DNA of 64,000 bases from an uncultured Alphaproteobacteria bacterium (GCA_963755435.1 CAVWJX010000016.1:1048-65047); one strand, 5' to 3'; counted from the stretch's first letter, positions 27,392 through 40,121 are shown. Notes: a model not told the origin generated them from the letters alone. Numbers and translations are program-made.

Positions 27392-28654
27392 TTGTCATGG
27401 CCGCCGGACCGGCCCCGAACGGCAAGATCGAACTCGTCAATATCACCAAACGGTTCGCGGCCGGCGGTCGCCAATCTCGACTTGATCGTCGACGACGGCG
27501 CTTATTTCTGCCTCTTGGGCCCAAGCGGCTGCGGCAAGACCACGATCCTGCGGATGATCGCAGGTCACGAGTCGCCAACCGAGGGTCGGGTACTGATCGG
27601 CGGGCGCAACGTCGTCGGCCTGCCGCCGGTCGAGCACGGCACCGCAATGATGTTTCAGAGCTACGCGCTGTTCCCGCACCGCAGCGTGCTCGACAATGTC
27701 GCCTTTGCCTTGAAGATGCGCGGGGTGGCCAAGTCGACGCGCCATGCCAAGGCGCGCGAGCTGTTGGAAAAGGTCCGGCTCGAGGGGTTCGCGCAACGCC
27801 TGCCGTCGGAGCTTTCCGGCGGCCAGCAGCAGCGCGTGGCGCTGGCCCGCGCGCTGATCACCAATCCACGGGTGCTGCTGCTCCACGAGCCGCTGTCGGC
27901 GCTGGACGAGTATCTGCGCCTGCAGATGCGCGTGGCGCTGGCCCGCGCGCTGATCACCAATCCACGGGTGCTGCTGCTCCACGAGCCGCTGTCGGCGCTG
28001 GACGAGTATCTGCGCCTGCAGATGCGCGGCGAATTGCGACGGATGCAGCGCGAGCTCGGCATCACCTTCGTGCACGTCACCCACACGCAGCTGGAGGCGA
28101 TCGGCGTCGCCGATACCGTCGTGGTCATGGAGCAGGGCAGGATCGAGCAGATGGCCTCGGCGCGGGACATTTTCGTCGCCCCGCGCACCGCTTACGTGGC
28201 GCGCTTCATGGGTGGGCAGAACGTGATCTCGGGCACCGTCGAGCGCGTGAGCGAGAGCCGCGCCTTGGCGGTCACCGGCGCCGGCGCACGGCTGGAGATC
28301 CCGCTCGGCGGCATGCGCGTCGCCGTGGGCGAGCCGGTCTCTGCCGCGGTGCGCCGCGATCGCGTCGCGGTGCGCCGCCCCGGGTCAGGCGAGAAGCGGC
28401 ACGATCCGATCAATAGCGTCGATGGCGAGGTCCATGCGATCGAGAACCAGGGATCCTGGGTCAAGATCACGATCGACCTCGGCGCCGGCCAGGAATTTGT
28501 CGCCAACGTCGCCGAGAACGATTACTTCGCGGACCCGATCGTCCTCGGCGAGCGTGCCGTCGCGAGTTGGCCGCCTGGCGACGTGCGCCTCTTGGAGGAC
28601 GGCCGCGCGGCCAGCCCGGCGGCACCGGTGCGGGCGCCCGCCGTCGCCGCCTGA
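27392..28654 (+). CDS. ABC transporter ATP-binding protein (PotA-like) carrying a 32-codon tandem duplication
   Basis: Reads GPSGCGKTT, LSGGQQQRVALARAL and LLLHEPLSALD. The best start (GGAG + 6 nt + ATG at 27397, giving MAAGPAPNGKIELVNITKRF) is in a different frame from the body, implying a shift near 27455-27470. Only a poorly placed TTG (27392) keeps one frame. Confidence 0.75.
   Translation: MSWPPDRPRTARSNSSISPNGSRPAVANLDLIVDDGAYFCLLGPSGCGKTTILRMIAGHESPTEGRVLIGGRNVVGLPPVEHGTAMMFQSYALFPHRSVLDNVAFALKMRGVAKSTRHAKARELLEKVRLEGFAQRLPSELSGGQQQRVALARALITNPRVLLLHEPLSALDEYLRLQMRVALARALITNPRVLLLHEPLSALDEYLRLQMRGELRRMQRELGITFVHVTHTQLEAIGVADTVVVMEQGRIEQMASARDIFVAPRTAYVARFMGGQNVISGTVERVSESRALAVTGAGARLEIPLGGMRVAVGEPVSAAVRRDRVAVRRPGSGEKRHDPINSVDGEVHAIENQGSWVKITIDLGAGQEFVANVAENDYFADPIVLGERAVASWPPGDVRLLEDGRAASPAAPVRAPAVAA
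27832..28023 (+). repeat. Perfect 96-bp direct tandem duplication inside the ATPase gene
   Basis: 27832-27927 is identical to 27928-28023. This duplicates RVALARALITNPRVLLLHEPLSALDEYLRLQM in frame. Confidence 0.95.
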
Positions 28655-28676
28655 GGCGTATAAGAGGGGAACCCTG

Positions 28677-30106
28677 ATGTTCGATCTGGTGGTGAGCGGC
28701 GGGACGCACGTGCTGCCGACCGGGGCGGCGAGCGTGGATCTCGCGGTCGCCGGCGGCAAAATCGTTGCGATCGGCGCGCCGGGCAGTTTGGCGGCGCTAG
28801 GTGCGGCGCGGGTGATCGCCGCCGCCGGTCAGATCGTGATCCCGGGTGGGGTGGACCCGCATATTCACTGCAGTGCGCCGATGGTCATGCCCAACCAGCC
28901 GGAACCGACGGTCAGCGCTCCGCCCGCGCAGGTCAGCAAAGCCGCACTGTTCGGCGGCACGACGACCCTCATTGACTTCGTGCCGGTGCCCGAGGACGCG
29001 ACGATTGGGGAGGCGGTCGAGCTTAGGCTGAAGGATTGGACCGGCGCCTGCTACTGCGACTACGGCCTGCACTTGATGCTGTTCGACTACATCAGCCCCA
29101 AAAAGCTCGGCGAGATCCCCGAGGCGATGCAGGCGGGTTACGCGACGGTCAAGATGTTCACCACCGACATTACCCCGGCGCGCATGGCGCGCATGGTGCC
29201 ATTTGGAGATATCTGGGAGGTGATCCAGGCGGTTGCGAAGGCCGGCGGGCTGACCTGCATCCATGCCGAGGATAATGACCTCGTCACGCATATGTACGAG
29301 AAGCTGACGCGCGAGGACCGCACCGGGTTCGAGAACCTGGCCGCGGTGCATACCACGCTGTCGGAGGATCTGGCGTTCAGCCGCGTCATCCGTCTGGCCG
29401 AGAGCGTGGAGGGTGCCGCGATGTACATGGTCCACACCTCCGCAGCCACTGGCGTTGCCGCGATCGCCGCGGCCCGCGCTCGGGGGTTTCCGGTCTACGG
29501 CGAAACCCTGCACCAGTATCTGCTTTACAACTCCGCAGACTACAAGCGGCCGGGCGGTCAGATCTATCATACCTACCCGTCGCTGAAATTCCCCGAGGAC
29601 CAGGCGGCGCTGTGGCGGGCGATGCGTCAGGGTGCCATCCAGTGCGTCGCCACCGACGAGGTCTGCTGTCCGCTCGAAGTGAAGCTGAAGGGCAGGAGCA
29701 TCGACGACGTGATGGGCGGCAATTCCGGCGTCGAGCCGCGGGTGCCGCTGATGTACACACAAATGGTCCGCGAGCGCGGCTTCAGCCTGGAGGAGTTCGT
29801 CGCCCTCGTCTCCAGCAATGCCGCGAAGATCATGGGACTCTATCCGCGCAAGGGTGCGCTCGCCGTCGGTTCGGACGCCGACCTCGTGCTGCTCGATCCG
29901 GGCAAGCGGGGCCGATCCGCAAGGAGAACCTGCACGAGACCGACTATACGCCGTGGGAAGGCTGGGACGCGGCCGTTTGGCCGAGCATGACCATCCAGCG
30001 CGGCAAGGTCGCGGTGGAGAACGGCAAGCTGCTCGCCGGCCCAGCCGACGGCCGGTTCGTGCCACGCAAGATCGATGACGAGATCCGCAGCCGCCCGGCG
30101 CTTTAG
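28677..30106 (+). pseudogene. D-hydantoinase / dihydropyrimidinase with apparent 1-nt frameshift
   Basis: Reads IPGGVDPHIHC, TVKMFT, IHAEDND and GSDADLVLLDP. The conserved C-terminus (IRKENLHETDYTPWEGW..GRFVPRK) continues in another frame after the G-run at 29908-29911. Confidence 0.75.
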
Positions 30107-30144
30107 CCGCACTCGGCGGCAGGGCGATAAGGAACTCCGACGCC

Positions 30145-32223
30145 ATGAAAATGATCGGGATCGACGTCGGCGGCACCTTCACCGACCTCGTCTACGCCGA
30201 TCCCGACAGCGGTGCCGTGGCGATCCATAAGGTTGCCACCACACCCGAGGATCCCTCGATCGCGATGATGGACGGGATCGAAGGTCTGTGCGCGGCCGCA
30301 GGAGTGGCGCCAGGCGACATCGAATTGGTGCTGCATGCGACGACGATCGCCACCAACGCAATCCTCGAACACGACGGCTGCACGGCCGGGATGCTGACGA
30401 CGGAGGCCTTTCGCGACGTCTTGCACATCGGCCGCCACCAGCGGCCGCAGCATTACTCGTTGCGCCAGGAGATTCCCTGGCAGGCGCACCCGCTGGTCCG
30501 CCGCCGCCACCGCAAGAGCGTGCCGGAGCGGCTCGCCGCCGACCGCCAGACCGTGCTGCTGCCGCTCGACGAGGCGGCCGTGCGCCGCGCCGCGCGGGAG
30601 CTGGGCGCGGAAGGGGTCGAGGCGGTCGCGGTGTGCTTTTTGTTTTCCTACCTCAATCCGGCGCACGAAGAGCGTGCCGCGGCGATTTTGCGCGACGAGC
30701 TTCCCGGCTGCTTTGTGACCACCTCCGCCGAAGTGGCACCACAGTTCCGCGAATTCGAGCGGTTTACCACCGCGGCCATCAATGCCTTCATCGGACCCAA
30801 GGTGCGCCTTTACGTCGCCCGTTTGGAGGAAGAGCTACGCGCCCGCGGCATGCCGGCGGATTTGCGCATCATGCGCTCCACCGGCGGGATCGCCACGCCC
30901 GCGCTGATTGCGCGCCTGCCGGTGCTCACCTTGCTATCCGGCCCGGCGGCCGGTGTGCTCGGCGGCGCCTGGGCTGGCGCCCTCTCGGGTCGGCGCAACC
31001 TGATCACTTTCGACGTCGGCGGCACTTCGGCTGATATCGGCATCGTTCGCGACGGGGCCTTTGTCGAAGCCTCGGCGCGCGACACCCAGATCGCGGGCTA
31101 CCCGGTACTGGTGCCGATGATCGACATTCACACGATCGGTGCCGGCGGCGGCTCGATCGCGCAAGTCGATGGGGCGGGCGCCTTTCGCGTTGGCCCGCGC
31201 AGCGCGGGCGCCGTGCCCGGTCCGGCCGCCTACGGGCGCGGCGGATTCCTGCCGACGGTGACCGACGCCAACCTCTTCCTCGGCCGCCTCGATCCCGACC
31301 ATTTTCTCGGGGGCGGGATGCGGCTCGACCCTGCAGCGGCGGAAAAGGCGATCGGGCGGCTGGCGGCGCAGCTCGGCGTGTCGTTGCCGGAGGCGGCGGA
31401 GGGCGTGCTGACCGTGCTGAACGCCAACATGGCCAACGCGATCCGCTCGCGGACGGTGGAGAAGGGGCTCGACCCGCGCGATTTCGCGCTGGTCGCGATG
31501 GGCGGGGCCGGGCCGCTGCACGGCGCCGAAGTGGCGCGCGTGCTCGGCATTCCGGAAGTGCTGGTGCCGCCCTATCCGGGCATCGCTTCGGCGATCGGGC
31601 TGCTAACCACCGACCTGAAATACGACACGATCCGGACCGTATTCGGCCGCTTCGACCGGCTCGACGCGGCGCAGCTCGATGCCGATTTCGCCGCCATGCG
31701 CGCCGAGCTGGAGACGCAGCTGCGCGCCGACGGCGGCGACCCGGCCGCGGCACGCTTTCAGCGCGCGGCCGATTTGCGTTATCTCGGTCAAGGCTACGAG
31801 CTGCGGGTCGCCGCGCCCGACGGCAGCTTGAGCGCCGCGCTGCTGGATGGCCTACTGGCCGATTTCCATGCGCGCCATCAGGCAGAGTACGGCCACGGCT
31901 TCCCCGGCGAGGCGGTGGAGATCGTCAATCTACGCCTCACCGCGACCGCGCCTGCGACAAAGCTGCGCTGCGTCCCGCCGCCGCGCTCCGGCTCGCTCGC
32001 CGCCGCCCTCGTCCGCCGGGCGCCCTGCGTGTTCCGCACTCCCCAAGGGCTGCAGAGCTTTGATACGCCTCGCTACGAGCGCGACCGCCTGCCGCTCGAG
32101 GAACGGATCCCGGGGCCGGCCATCATCCTGCAAACCGACAGCACCACTGTGACGCCGCCCGATGCACATTGCATCGCCGATCGCGGCGGCAATCTCACGA
32201 TATATCTGCGAGGGCTGAGATGA
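30145..32223 (+). CDS. hyuA: Hydantoinase A / N-methylhydantoinase A (oxoprolinase family)
   Basis: Reads MKMIGIDVGGTFTDLV, TTIATNAILE, FDVGGTSADIG and HTIGAGGGSIA. Confidence 0.85.
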   Translation: MKMIGIDVGGTFTDLVYADPDSGAVAIHKVATTPEDPSIAMMDGIEGLCAAAGVAPGDIELVLHATTIATNAILEHDGCTAGMLTTEAFRDVLHIGRHQRPQHYSLRQEIPWQAHPLVRRRHRKSVPERLAADRQTVLLPLDEAAVRRAARELGAEGVEAVAVCFLFSYLNPAHEERAAAILRDELPGCFVTTSAEVAPQFREFERFTTAAINAFIGPKVRLYVARLEEELRARGMPADLRIMRSTGGIATPALIARLPVLTLLSGPAAGVLGGAWAGALSGRRNLITFDVGGTSADIGIVRDGAFVEASARDTQIAGYPVLVPMIDIHTIGAGGGSIAQVDGAGAFRVGPRSAGAVPGPAAYGRGGFLPTVTDANLFLGRLDPDHFLGGGMRLDPAAAEKAIGRLAAQLGVSLPEAAEGVLTVLNANMANAIRSRTVEKGLDPRDFALVAMGGAGPLHGAEVARVLGIPEVLVPPYPGIASAIGLLTTDLKYDTIRTVFGRFDRLDAAQLDADFAAMRAELETQLRADGGDPAAARFQRAADLRYLGQGYELRVAAPDGSLSAALLDGLLADFHARHQAEYGHGFPGEAVEIVNLRLTATAPATKLRCVPPPRSGSLAAALVRRAPCVFRTPQGLQSFDTPRYERDRLPLEERIPGPAIILQTDSTTVTPPDAHCIADRGGNLTIYLRGLR

Positions 32224-32286
32224 ACTCGTGTCGATGCGATCACCGTCAGCGTCATCCACGGCGCGCTCGAAACGATTGCGGTCGAG

Positions 32287-34011
32287 ATGGGCTTCAAGCT
32301 GATGCGCATGGCGCATTTCTCGATCATCCGCGAGTTGGAGGATTTCGGCGCCGCGATCATCGACCGGCACGGGCGGGGGATTGCCGAGTCGATGCAGTCG
32401 ACGCCGCTTCAGTCGGGGCCGCTGCCCGGCTATGTGCGCGGCATGCTGCGCGTGCTCAGGGAACGCGGCGAGGAGCTTCGCCCCGGCGACGTCGTCATGC
32501 ACAACGACCCCTATGCCGGCGCCAGTCACGGACCGGATGTCGGCTTTATCGTTCCTGTGTTTCGCGAGGGCGCGCTCGTCGGCTACACCGCGACCGCAGG
32601 GCATCACCTCGACATCGGCGCGCTGACGCCGGGCAGCTGCGGCATCGTCGATGCGATCGACGCTTACGCCGAAGGGCTGCAGTTCAAAGCAATCAAGGTC
32701 TATGAATTGGGGCGGCGGGTCGAGCCGGTCTGGCACATGCTGCGCGACAACATCCGCGCGTCCGACCTCGTGGTCGGCGACATGGAGGCGCAGGTCGCCG
32801 CCTGCCGCATTGGCGCCGAGCGGCTGCTCGAGCTGATTTCCCGGCACGGTCTCGATACCTTCGAGGCAGCTTGCGACGCGGCGCTGGAGCAAGCGGAAAC
32901 GCTGATGCGAAATGCCATCGCCGCCCTCCCGGACGGGAGCTGGACGGCGCGAACGATGATCGACGGCTACAGCGACAGCGACGACCCGGCCCGCCGCGAC
33001 CTGCCGATCGTCGCGACCGTCACCGTCGCCGGCGATCAGATGGTCGTGGATCTGACCGGTACCGCCCCTCAGATCGCCGACCGGCCGATCAATATGCCGT
33101 TCGAAGGCACCGTCGACATCGCCGTGTGGCTGACCATCCGCTCGATCCTCTTGGACACGGCGGTGCACGGCCACATCCCGGTCAACGAGGGGTTGACGCG
33201 GCCGATCCGTATCGTCGCGCCAAAGGGGTGCCTGGCCAATCCGATCTTTCCGGCACCGACCATTGCGCGCTTTGCCCCTGGCAACCAGCTCGCCGACACG
33301 GTGATGAAGGCGCTGGCCCAGGTGGTTCCGGAGCGGGTATCGGCCGGCATCGGCAATCTCCGCGTCATCGCCTTTTCCGGCGAACGGGCGGAGGGCGCGT
33401 GGGTGCATATGGAAATCTTCGAGGGCAGCTACGGCGGCAGGGACGGGGCGGACGGGATGGACGCGGTGGACACGCTTTACGCCAATACTCGCAACAACCC
33501 GGTCGAGGACATCGAAACCCATCTACCATTGCGCGTGCGGCGGTACGAGCTGCGCACCGAGGCGATGGGCAACGGCCGCTGGCGCGGCGGCCTCGGCGCG
33601 GTGCGGGAGTTCGAGCTGTTGGCCGAAGGCGGCGTCTCGGTTGAGGGTGCCGGGCACCGTCATCGGCCCTGGGGCCTGGCCGGGGGCGAAGAGGGCCATC
33701 CGGCGACGCTGCAGCTGATCTCCGGGGAGACTGAGCGAGAGCTGCCTTCGAAGATGCCCTACCGACGGATGCGCGCCGGCGATCGCTTTCTGTGTATTGG
33801 CCCGTGCGGCGGCGGTTTCGGCCGGCCGGGCGAGCGCGCTGCCGAGGCGGTGCGAGAGGACGTGCTGGACGGACTGTTGAGCGTCGCCGCGGCGGCGCGC
33901 CATTTCGGTGTGATCCTGAACGCGGCGCTGGCGATCGATCCCGAGGCCACCGCCGAGGCCCGCGCCGCACTTTCCCAACCAATCGCCGCACTCAAGATTG
34001 CGGCGGCGTAG
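32287..34011 (+). CDS. hyuB: Hydantoinase B / N-methylhydantoinase B (oxoprolinase family)
   Basis: Reads DFGAAIIDRHG, VMHNDPYAGASHGPD and VEDIETHLPLRV. The expected N-terminus (MNS-VDAITVSVIHGALETIAVE) starts at an ATGA overlap at 32220 but is out of frame by 1 nt near 32228-32231. Confidence 0.8.
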   Translation: MGFKLMRMAHFSIIRELEDFGAAIIDRHGRGIAESMQSTPLQSGPLPGYVRGMLRVLRERGEELRPGDVVMHNDPYAGASHGPDVGFIVPVFREGALVGYTATAGHHLDIGALTPGSCGIVDAIDAYAEGLQFKAIKVYELGRRVEPVWHMLRDNIRASDLVVGDMEAQVAACRIGAERLLELISRHGLDTFEAACDAALEQAETLMRNAIAALPDGSWTARTMIDGYSDSDDPARRDLPIVATVTVAGDQMVVDLTGTAPQIADRPINMPFEGTVDIAVWLTIRSILLDTAVHGHIPVNEGLTRPIRIVAPKGCLANPIFPAPTIARFAPGNQLADTVMKALAQVVPERVSAGIGNLRVIAFSGERAEGAWVHMEIFEGSYGGRDGADGMDAVDTLYANTRNNPVEDIETHLPLRVRRYELRTEAMGNGRWRGGLGAVREFELLAEGGVSVEGAGHRHRPWGLAGGEEGHPATLQLISGETERELPSKMPYRRMRAGDRFLCIGPCGGGFGRPGERAAEAVREDVLDGLLSVAAAARHFGVILNAALAIDPEATAEARAALSQPIAALKIAAA

Positions 34012-34017
34012 GCGCGG

Positions 34018-35100
34018 TCACGCGGCGCGCGCAAGCCTCTCGCGGCGGCTGTTCATTAAAGGCTGGATGCGCTGCCCAAACTGCTCCATGCCGATTAGGA
34101 AATCATCGAAAGTCAGCATCAGCCCCTTGGTGCCCGGTAGGGCGGCCGCCTCGTCGAGCATATGCGCGACCGAGGCATAGGAGCCGACCAGCGTCCCCAT
34201 GTTGAAGTTGATCGCACCCTCCGGCAGAACAATCGACTTCGCTGTCGATCCTTCCGTCGCATTCGGGTCGGCCCCGGCCTGGCCGGCCATCCACGCCAGC
34301 GCGCTTGTATCGACGCCGTCGTTATAGTGCCGCCATTTGACCATCGCCGCCTCGTCGGTTTCGTCGGCGATCACCATCAACAGGACATAGGTGCCGACAT
34401 CCCGTCCGGTGCGTGCCGCCGCGGCGAGCATCCGCTCGTTGGTCGGGGCGTGGGCGGTCGGCGTGTTGACCCCCGACCCGATGACGAAATTATAGTCGCC
34501 GTATTCGGCGCCGAACTGCATGCCGCGCTCGCTCTGCCCGGCGCAGACGATCTTGACCGGCATCTGCGGTCGCGGGCTCAGGCGGCAGTCGTCCATCCGG
34601 AAGAAATCGCCCTTGAAGTCGGACCGTCCGGTTTCCCACAGCTCGCGCATGACCCGCACATATTCGGTGCTGTAGTCGTAGCGGCGGGCGAAATGCGGCT
34701 CGCCAGGCCACAGGCCCATCTGCTCGTATTCGGCCTTGGCCCAGCCGGAGACGATGTTGACGCCGAACCGGCCTGGGGCAATCGAGTCGATCGTCGCCGC
34801 CATGCGCGCCACGATCGCCGGCGGGATGGTCAGCACCGCGACTGAGGCATAGAGCTTGATCCGCTGCGTCACCGCGGCGAGCCCGGCCATCAAGGTAAAC
34901 GATTCGAGATTGTGGTCCCAGAACTCGCTGACCCCGCCGAACCCGCGCAGCTTGATCATCGACAGCGCAAAGTCGAGGCCATACCGCTCCGCCTGCTGCA
35001 CGATCTCGCGGTTGAGCTCGAAGCTCGGCATATATTGCGGCGAGGTAGTCGAGATCAGCCATCCATTGTTGCCGATCGGGATGAAAACGCCGATATCCAT
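34018..35100 (-). CDS. rutA: Pyrimidine monooxygenase RutA (LLM flavin-dependent)
   Basis: Reads [97 protein letters not shown]. This is near-collinear with E. coli RutA as I recall it. Confidence 0.85.
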   Translation of the reverse strand: MDIGVFIPIGNNGWLISTTSPQYMPSFELNREIVQQAERYGLDFALSMIKLRGFGGVSEFWDHNLESFTLMAGLAAVTQRIKLYASVAVLTIPPAIVARMAATIDSIAPGRFGVNIVSGWAKAEYEQMGLWPGEPHFARRYDYSTEYVRVMRELWETGRSDFKGDFFRMDDCRLSPRPQMPVKIVCAGQSERGMQFGAEYGDYNFVIGSGVNTPTAHAPTNERMLAAAARTGRDVGTYVLLMVIADETDEAAMVKWRHYNDGVDTSALAWMAGQAGADPNATEGSTAKSIVLPEGAINFNMGTLVGSYASVAHMLDEAAALPGTKGLMLTFDDFLIGMEQFGQRIQPLMNSRRERLARAA

Positions 35101-35194
35101 AATCACCCACCAAACGAGTGTCGAGACGATGAACTCGGCCGCAGCAACGTGCGTGCCAAGTCGTGGCGGCGGTCGGCTTTGTCGATGCCGGTAA

Positions 35195-36650
<1,456 letters not shown>

Positions 36651-36724
36651 GGCCGCATCGAGCAGGCAATCGATCGTCATCGGGAACAGCAATGCCGACG
36701 GATTGAGCCGCTGCAGCCGCGCCA

Positions 36725-36960
36725 TCAGATCGGTCGGCCGTCTGCCAGAGAGATCGGCGAAAAATCGACGCATTTGTCGAGCACCGCCTCCTCCTGCGCC
36801 GGCGTCATCGCGATCGGGTTCTCATGGCTGTAGCCGTGGATGCCGATCACGGAAATCCGCCCGCGACGCCTAATCGTCGCGCCGATCACCGCAAATGGCA
36901 TACCATCAGCGGGCATGCGCGCCGCGACTATCGTCCGGTCGCTGTCGAACCGCCGCAAAA
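36725..36960 (-). pseudogene. Polysaccharide-deacetylase-like fragment
   Basis: ..ISVIGIHGYSHENPIAMTPAQEEAVLDKCVDF.. resembles the H-x-H core block of that family. It has no proper ends and runs into the CobW fragment with a frame change. Confidence 0.35.
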
Positions 36961-37088
36961 TGAGAGGCGCAAGATGCGCACACCGGCAAGAAACAGCGCA
37001 GCCGGGTTGTAAACCCGGTCCTGGGTGGCCCTCGATTTGCACGAAACGAGCTGCTTTGCATGCGACAATCGGGATGGAGCCGGAGCCA

Positions 37089-38441
37089 ATGAACCAAGAC
37101 CGCCGCGGCGAGACGATGCGGCTCGGGGCCTTTTTTCATCCGACCGGCAACCACGTCGCCGCCTGGCTGCATCCCGAGGCGCAGATCGACGCCGGCACCA
37201 ATTTCCGGCACTACGCCGAGATCACGCAGACCGCCGAGCGCGCCAAGTTCGACCTGATGTTTGTCGCCGACGCAGTGGCGGTGCGCGACGGCAAGCTCGC
37301 AGCGCTCTCCCGCTGGCCGCAATACATGGCGTATTTCGACCCGCTGACCCTGCTGCCGGCGCTGGCGGCGGTGACCACGCATATCGGCCTCTGCGCCACC
37401 GCGACGACCAGCTACAACGAGCCCTACCACATCGCCCGCAAGTTCGCCTCGCTCGACCATATCAGCGGCGGCCGCGCCGGCTGGAACGTCGTCACCTCCT
37501 CCAACCCGTCCGAAGCCTACAATTTCGGCCGCGAACAGCATTACGAGCACGGCGAGCGCTACGACCGGGCGGTCGAATTTGTCGAGGTGGTTCAGGGCTT
37601 GTGGGACAGCTGGGACGACGATGCCTTTTTGCGCGACCGCGCCTCGGGCTGCTATTTCGACCCCGCCAAGCTGCACGTGCTGAACCACAAGGGACAGCAT
37701 TTCTCGGTGCGCGGGCCGCTCAATGTCGCGCGCGCCCCGCAGGGTCATCCGGTGCTGTTCCAGGCCGGCTCGTCCGATGTCGGCCGCGAAGTCGCCGCGC
37801 GCTTTGCCGAAGGTGTCTTCACGCCGCAGCACAGCCTCGACGGCGCCCAGGAGTTTTACCGAGACCTCAAAGGGCGCATGGCGCGCTACGGGCGGCCGCC
37901 GGAGGCCTTGAAGATCATGCCGGGGCTCAACGTGATCGTCGGCCGCACCGCCAAGGAGGCGCAAGAAAAGCACCGCTTCCTGCAATCGAAGATCCACCCG
38001 GATGTCGGGCTCGAATTGTTGTCGAACCAGCTCGGCAATTTCGATTTGTCGGAATACGACCTTGATGTCCCATTGCCCGACATCCCCGAAAGTGCCGCGG
38101 CGCTGAGCGGAGTGACGTCGATGCGCATCATCATGCGGTGGGCGCGCGAAGAGCGGCTGACGATCCGGCAGATCTACGAGCGCTTCGCCGGCGCACGCGG
38201 CCAGCGCACCCTTCTCGGGTCGCCCGCCGACATCGTCGACGACATGGAGCGCTGGTTTCGCGGGTACGGTGTCGACGGGTTTCTGGTGCACCCGTCGCAT
38301 TTGCCGGGCGGGCTGGACGATTTTGTCGAGCTGATCGTCCCGGAACTGCAGTCGCGCGGCCTCTTCCGCACCGAATACGAAGGCCCCACCCTACGCGAGA
38401 ACATTGGCCTCGAACGCCCGCCGAGCCGGTACGCGCGCTAG
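37089..38441 (+). CDS. LLM flavin-dependent monooxygenase (NtaA/SnaA/DszA family)
   Basis: Reads MRLGAFFHPTGNHVAAW, FDLMFVAD, LDHISGGRAGWNVVTS, GERYDRAVEF and RGLFRTEYEGPTLRENIGL. Start ambiguous (37074, 37089 or 37116). Confidence 0.8.
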   Translation: MNQDRRGETMRLGAFFHPTGNHVAAWLHPEAQIDAGTNFRHYAEITQTAERAKFDLMFVADAVAVRDGKLAALSRWPQYMAYFDPLTLLPALAAVTTHIGLCATATTSYNEPYHIARKFASLDHISGGRAGWNVVTSSNPSEAYNFGREQHYEHGERYDRAVEFVEVVQGLWDSWDDDAFLRDRASGCYFDPAKLHVLNHKGQHFSVRGPLNVARAPQGHPVLFQAGSSDVGREVAARFAEGVFTPQHSLDGAQEFYRDLKGRMARYGRPPEALKIMPGLNVIVGRTAKEAQEKHRFLQSKIHPDVGLELLSNQLGNFDLSEYDLDVPLPDIPESAAALSGVTSMRIIMRWAREERLTIRQIYERFAGARGQRTLLGSPADIVDDMERWFRGYGVDGFLVHPSHLPGGLDDFVELIVPELQSRGLFRTEYEGPTLRENIGLERPPSRYAR

Positions 38442-38666
38442 CCTGCGATCATTCGGCGAGTTATTGGCAAGACGCTGTAGGAGCCGTGCGTTCCGGCCCT
38501 ACTAACCGCTTCCTTCATATGTCCGAAACCCTCCCCGAAAGCGCCCATCGAGCACCGGCATGCGCTATCGCAGACTGAAAACCCCAGGCTGGCCTTGGCC
38601 AAGCTCTGACACGTAACGTGACGCGGGAATGACGGAGAGTGCTTATCTAGCAGGCCGTTGAAGAAG

Positions 38667-38996
38667 TCATTCGAGGCGGGCGGTGAGAATGGCGTCGTCG
38701 CCGTTGTCGAAGGACAGCTCGATTTCGATAGAGCCATCGTCCTGAAGTTCGGCCGATCCGTCCCCGGAGACCTCATCGCCTTCGTCGAAGCCGCTCCAGC
38801 GGAAGAAGACGATGGTCTGGGAGTATTCGAGCTCGCCACCGGCAGTGACGCAGCCGAAAGCAAACTCGGCCCACCCGTCGCGGCCGATCTCGAGACAAGC
38901 CGGCTCGACCATATCGAGATATTTGGGGTCCCACAGATCGGCTTCGACGATCCGCCAACGACCGAGCAATTCGCAGCTTGCCACCGGGTCGCTCAT
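38667..38996 (-). CDS. IS-borne second ORF (orfB), paralog of 117-464
   Basis: Reads MSDPVASCELLGRWRIVEADLWDPKYLDMVEPACLEIGRDGWAEFAFG..FFRWSGFDEGDEVSGDGSAELQDDGSIEIELSFDNGDDAILTA. The ATG shares one base with the transposase stop (TGATG). Confidence 0.65.
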   Translation of the reverse strand: MSDPVASCELLGRWRIVEADLWDPKYLDMVEPACLEIGRDGWAEFAFGCVTAGGELEYSQTIVFFRWSGFDEGDEVSGDGSAELQDDGSIEIELSFDNGDDAILTARLE

Positions 38997-40121
38997 CACG
39001 CCGCCGCCAGCAGCGCGGGCGCCCGCACCAGGTTGTAGGCGGCCACCGCGAAGGTGAAGGCCCAGGCGACCTTGGCCCGGCCCCGCAGCTTGGTCTGGCG
39101 CAGGCCCGCCACCATCTTGATCCAGCCGAACGCCTCCTCGATCCGCTTGCGGATGTGCTGGCTCTTGGCATAGCCGGGGTGGCGTGTCGTGCGCTTGTCG
39201 ATCGCCGAGCGCCGGCCGCTCAAATTCTGCGCCACGTGCGGCCGCACGTTCAGGGTGCGCAATTCCTCGACCAAAATCGGCCGCGTCGTAGCTCTTGTCG
39301 GCGCCGAGCGTGACCGCCACCGGCCGCTCGGCGACAGGCTCGATCATGTCGAGCGCCGCCAGCCGCTCGGCGTGACCCGACACCAGGGTGAGCCGGGCAT
39401 CCACCAGGAGGCCCGAGCGGTTTTCCATCAGCCCGTGACCGATGTAGCACAACCGCGCCTCCATGCCCGGCCCTTTGCGGTAGAGCCGCGCGTCGGGATC
39501 GGTGGTGCTGCGGTGCGTCGCGTTCGAGCGCTTCTGGCCGCGAAAATCAGAGGGCGCATTGCGTCCGCCCCCGCCTTCGCTCTCCGGCGGCTCTTTCGGC
39601 TTGAAGCTCTTCATCGAGGCCCACGCCTGGATCAAGGTGCCATCGACCGAGAAGTGGTCACTCGACAACAACCGCTTGACCCGCGGCTGCGACAGCACGG
39701 CGGTGAGGAACTTGGCGGCGATCTCACCCTCCAACAGCCGGTCGCGGTTCTTCGAGAAACTCGAATGATCCCACACCGGGTCGTCGATGCCGAGGCCGAC
39801 GAACCAGCGAAACAACAGGTCGAACTCGATCCGCTCCATCAACTGCCGCTCCGAGCGCACCGAGTAGAAGGCTTGCAGCAGCATTGCCCGCAGCAATTTC
39901 TCCGGTGGCACCGACGGCCGCCCGATGCCGGAATAGAGCGCCGTGAAGTCGCCGGAGAGCGCCGCCAGGGCGGCGTTCGCGATCTCGCAAATCGGCCGCA
40001 GCGGATGATCCGCCCGAACCCGATCCTCCAGATCTATGTAGCTGAAAAGGCTGCCGCAAATATCATCATCGCCGCGCATCGCCACCCCCCGTCCCCTCTT
40101 CAGGGAATCACGACGCGCCAA
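38996..40121 (-). pseudogene. IS5/IS1182-family DDE transposase with one apparent 1-nt insertion
   Basis: The N-terminus LFSYIDLEDRVRADHPLRPI..LLRAMLLQAFYSVRSERQLMERIEFDLLFRWFVGL has an InsH-type N-domain. The frame breaks at ..GADKSYDAADF|VEELRTLNVRPHV.. (extra base at 39271-39272). The total length of 1126 nt equals 375 codons plus 1. Confidence 0.8.

Noticed and set aside
38590-38625. Short palindrome CACGT-A-ACGTG left of the IS
   Set aside because: It has only 5-bp arms and no repeat of the motif nearby, so it is compatible with chance.
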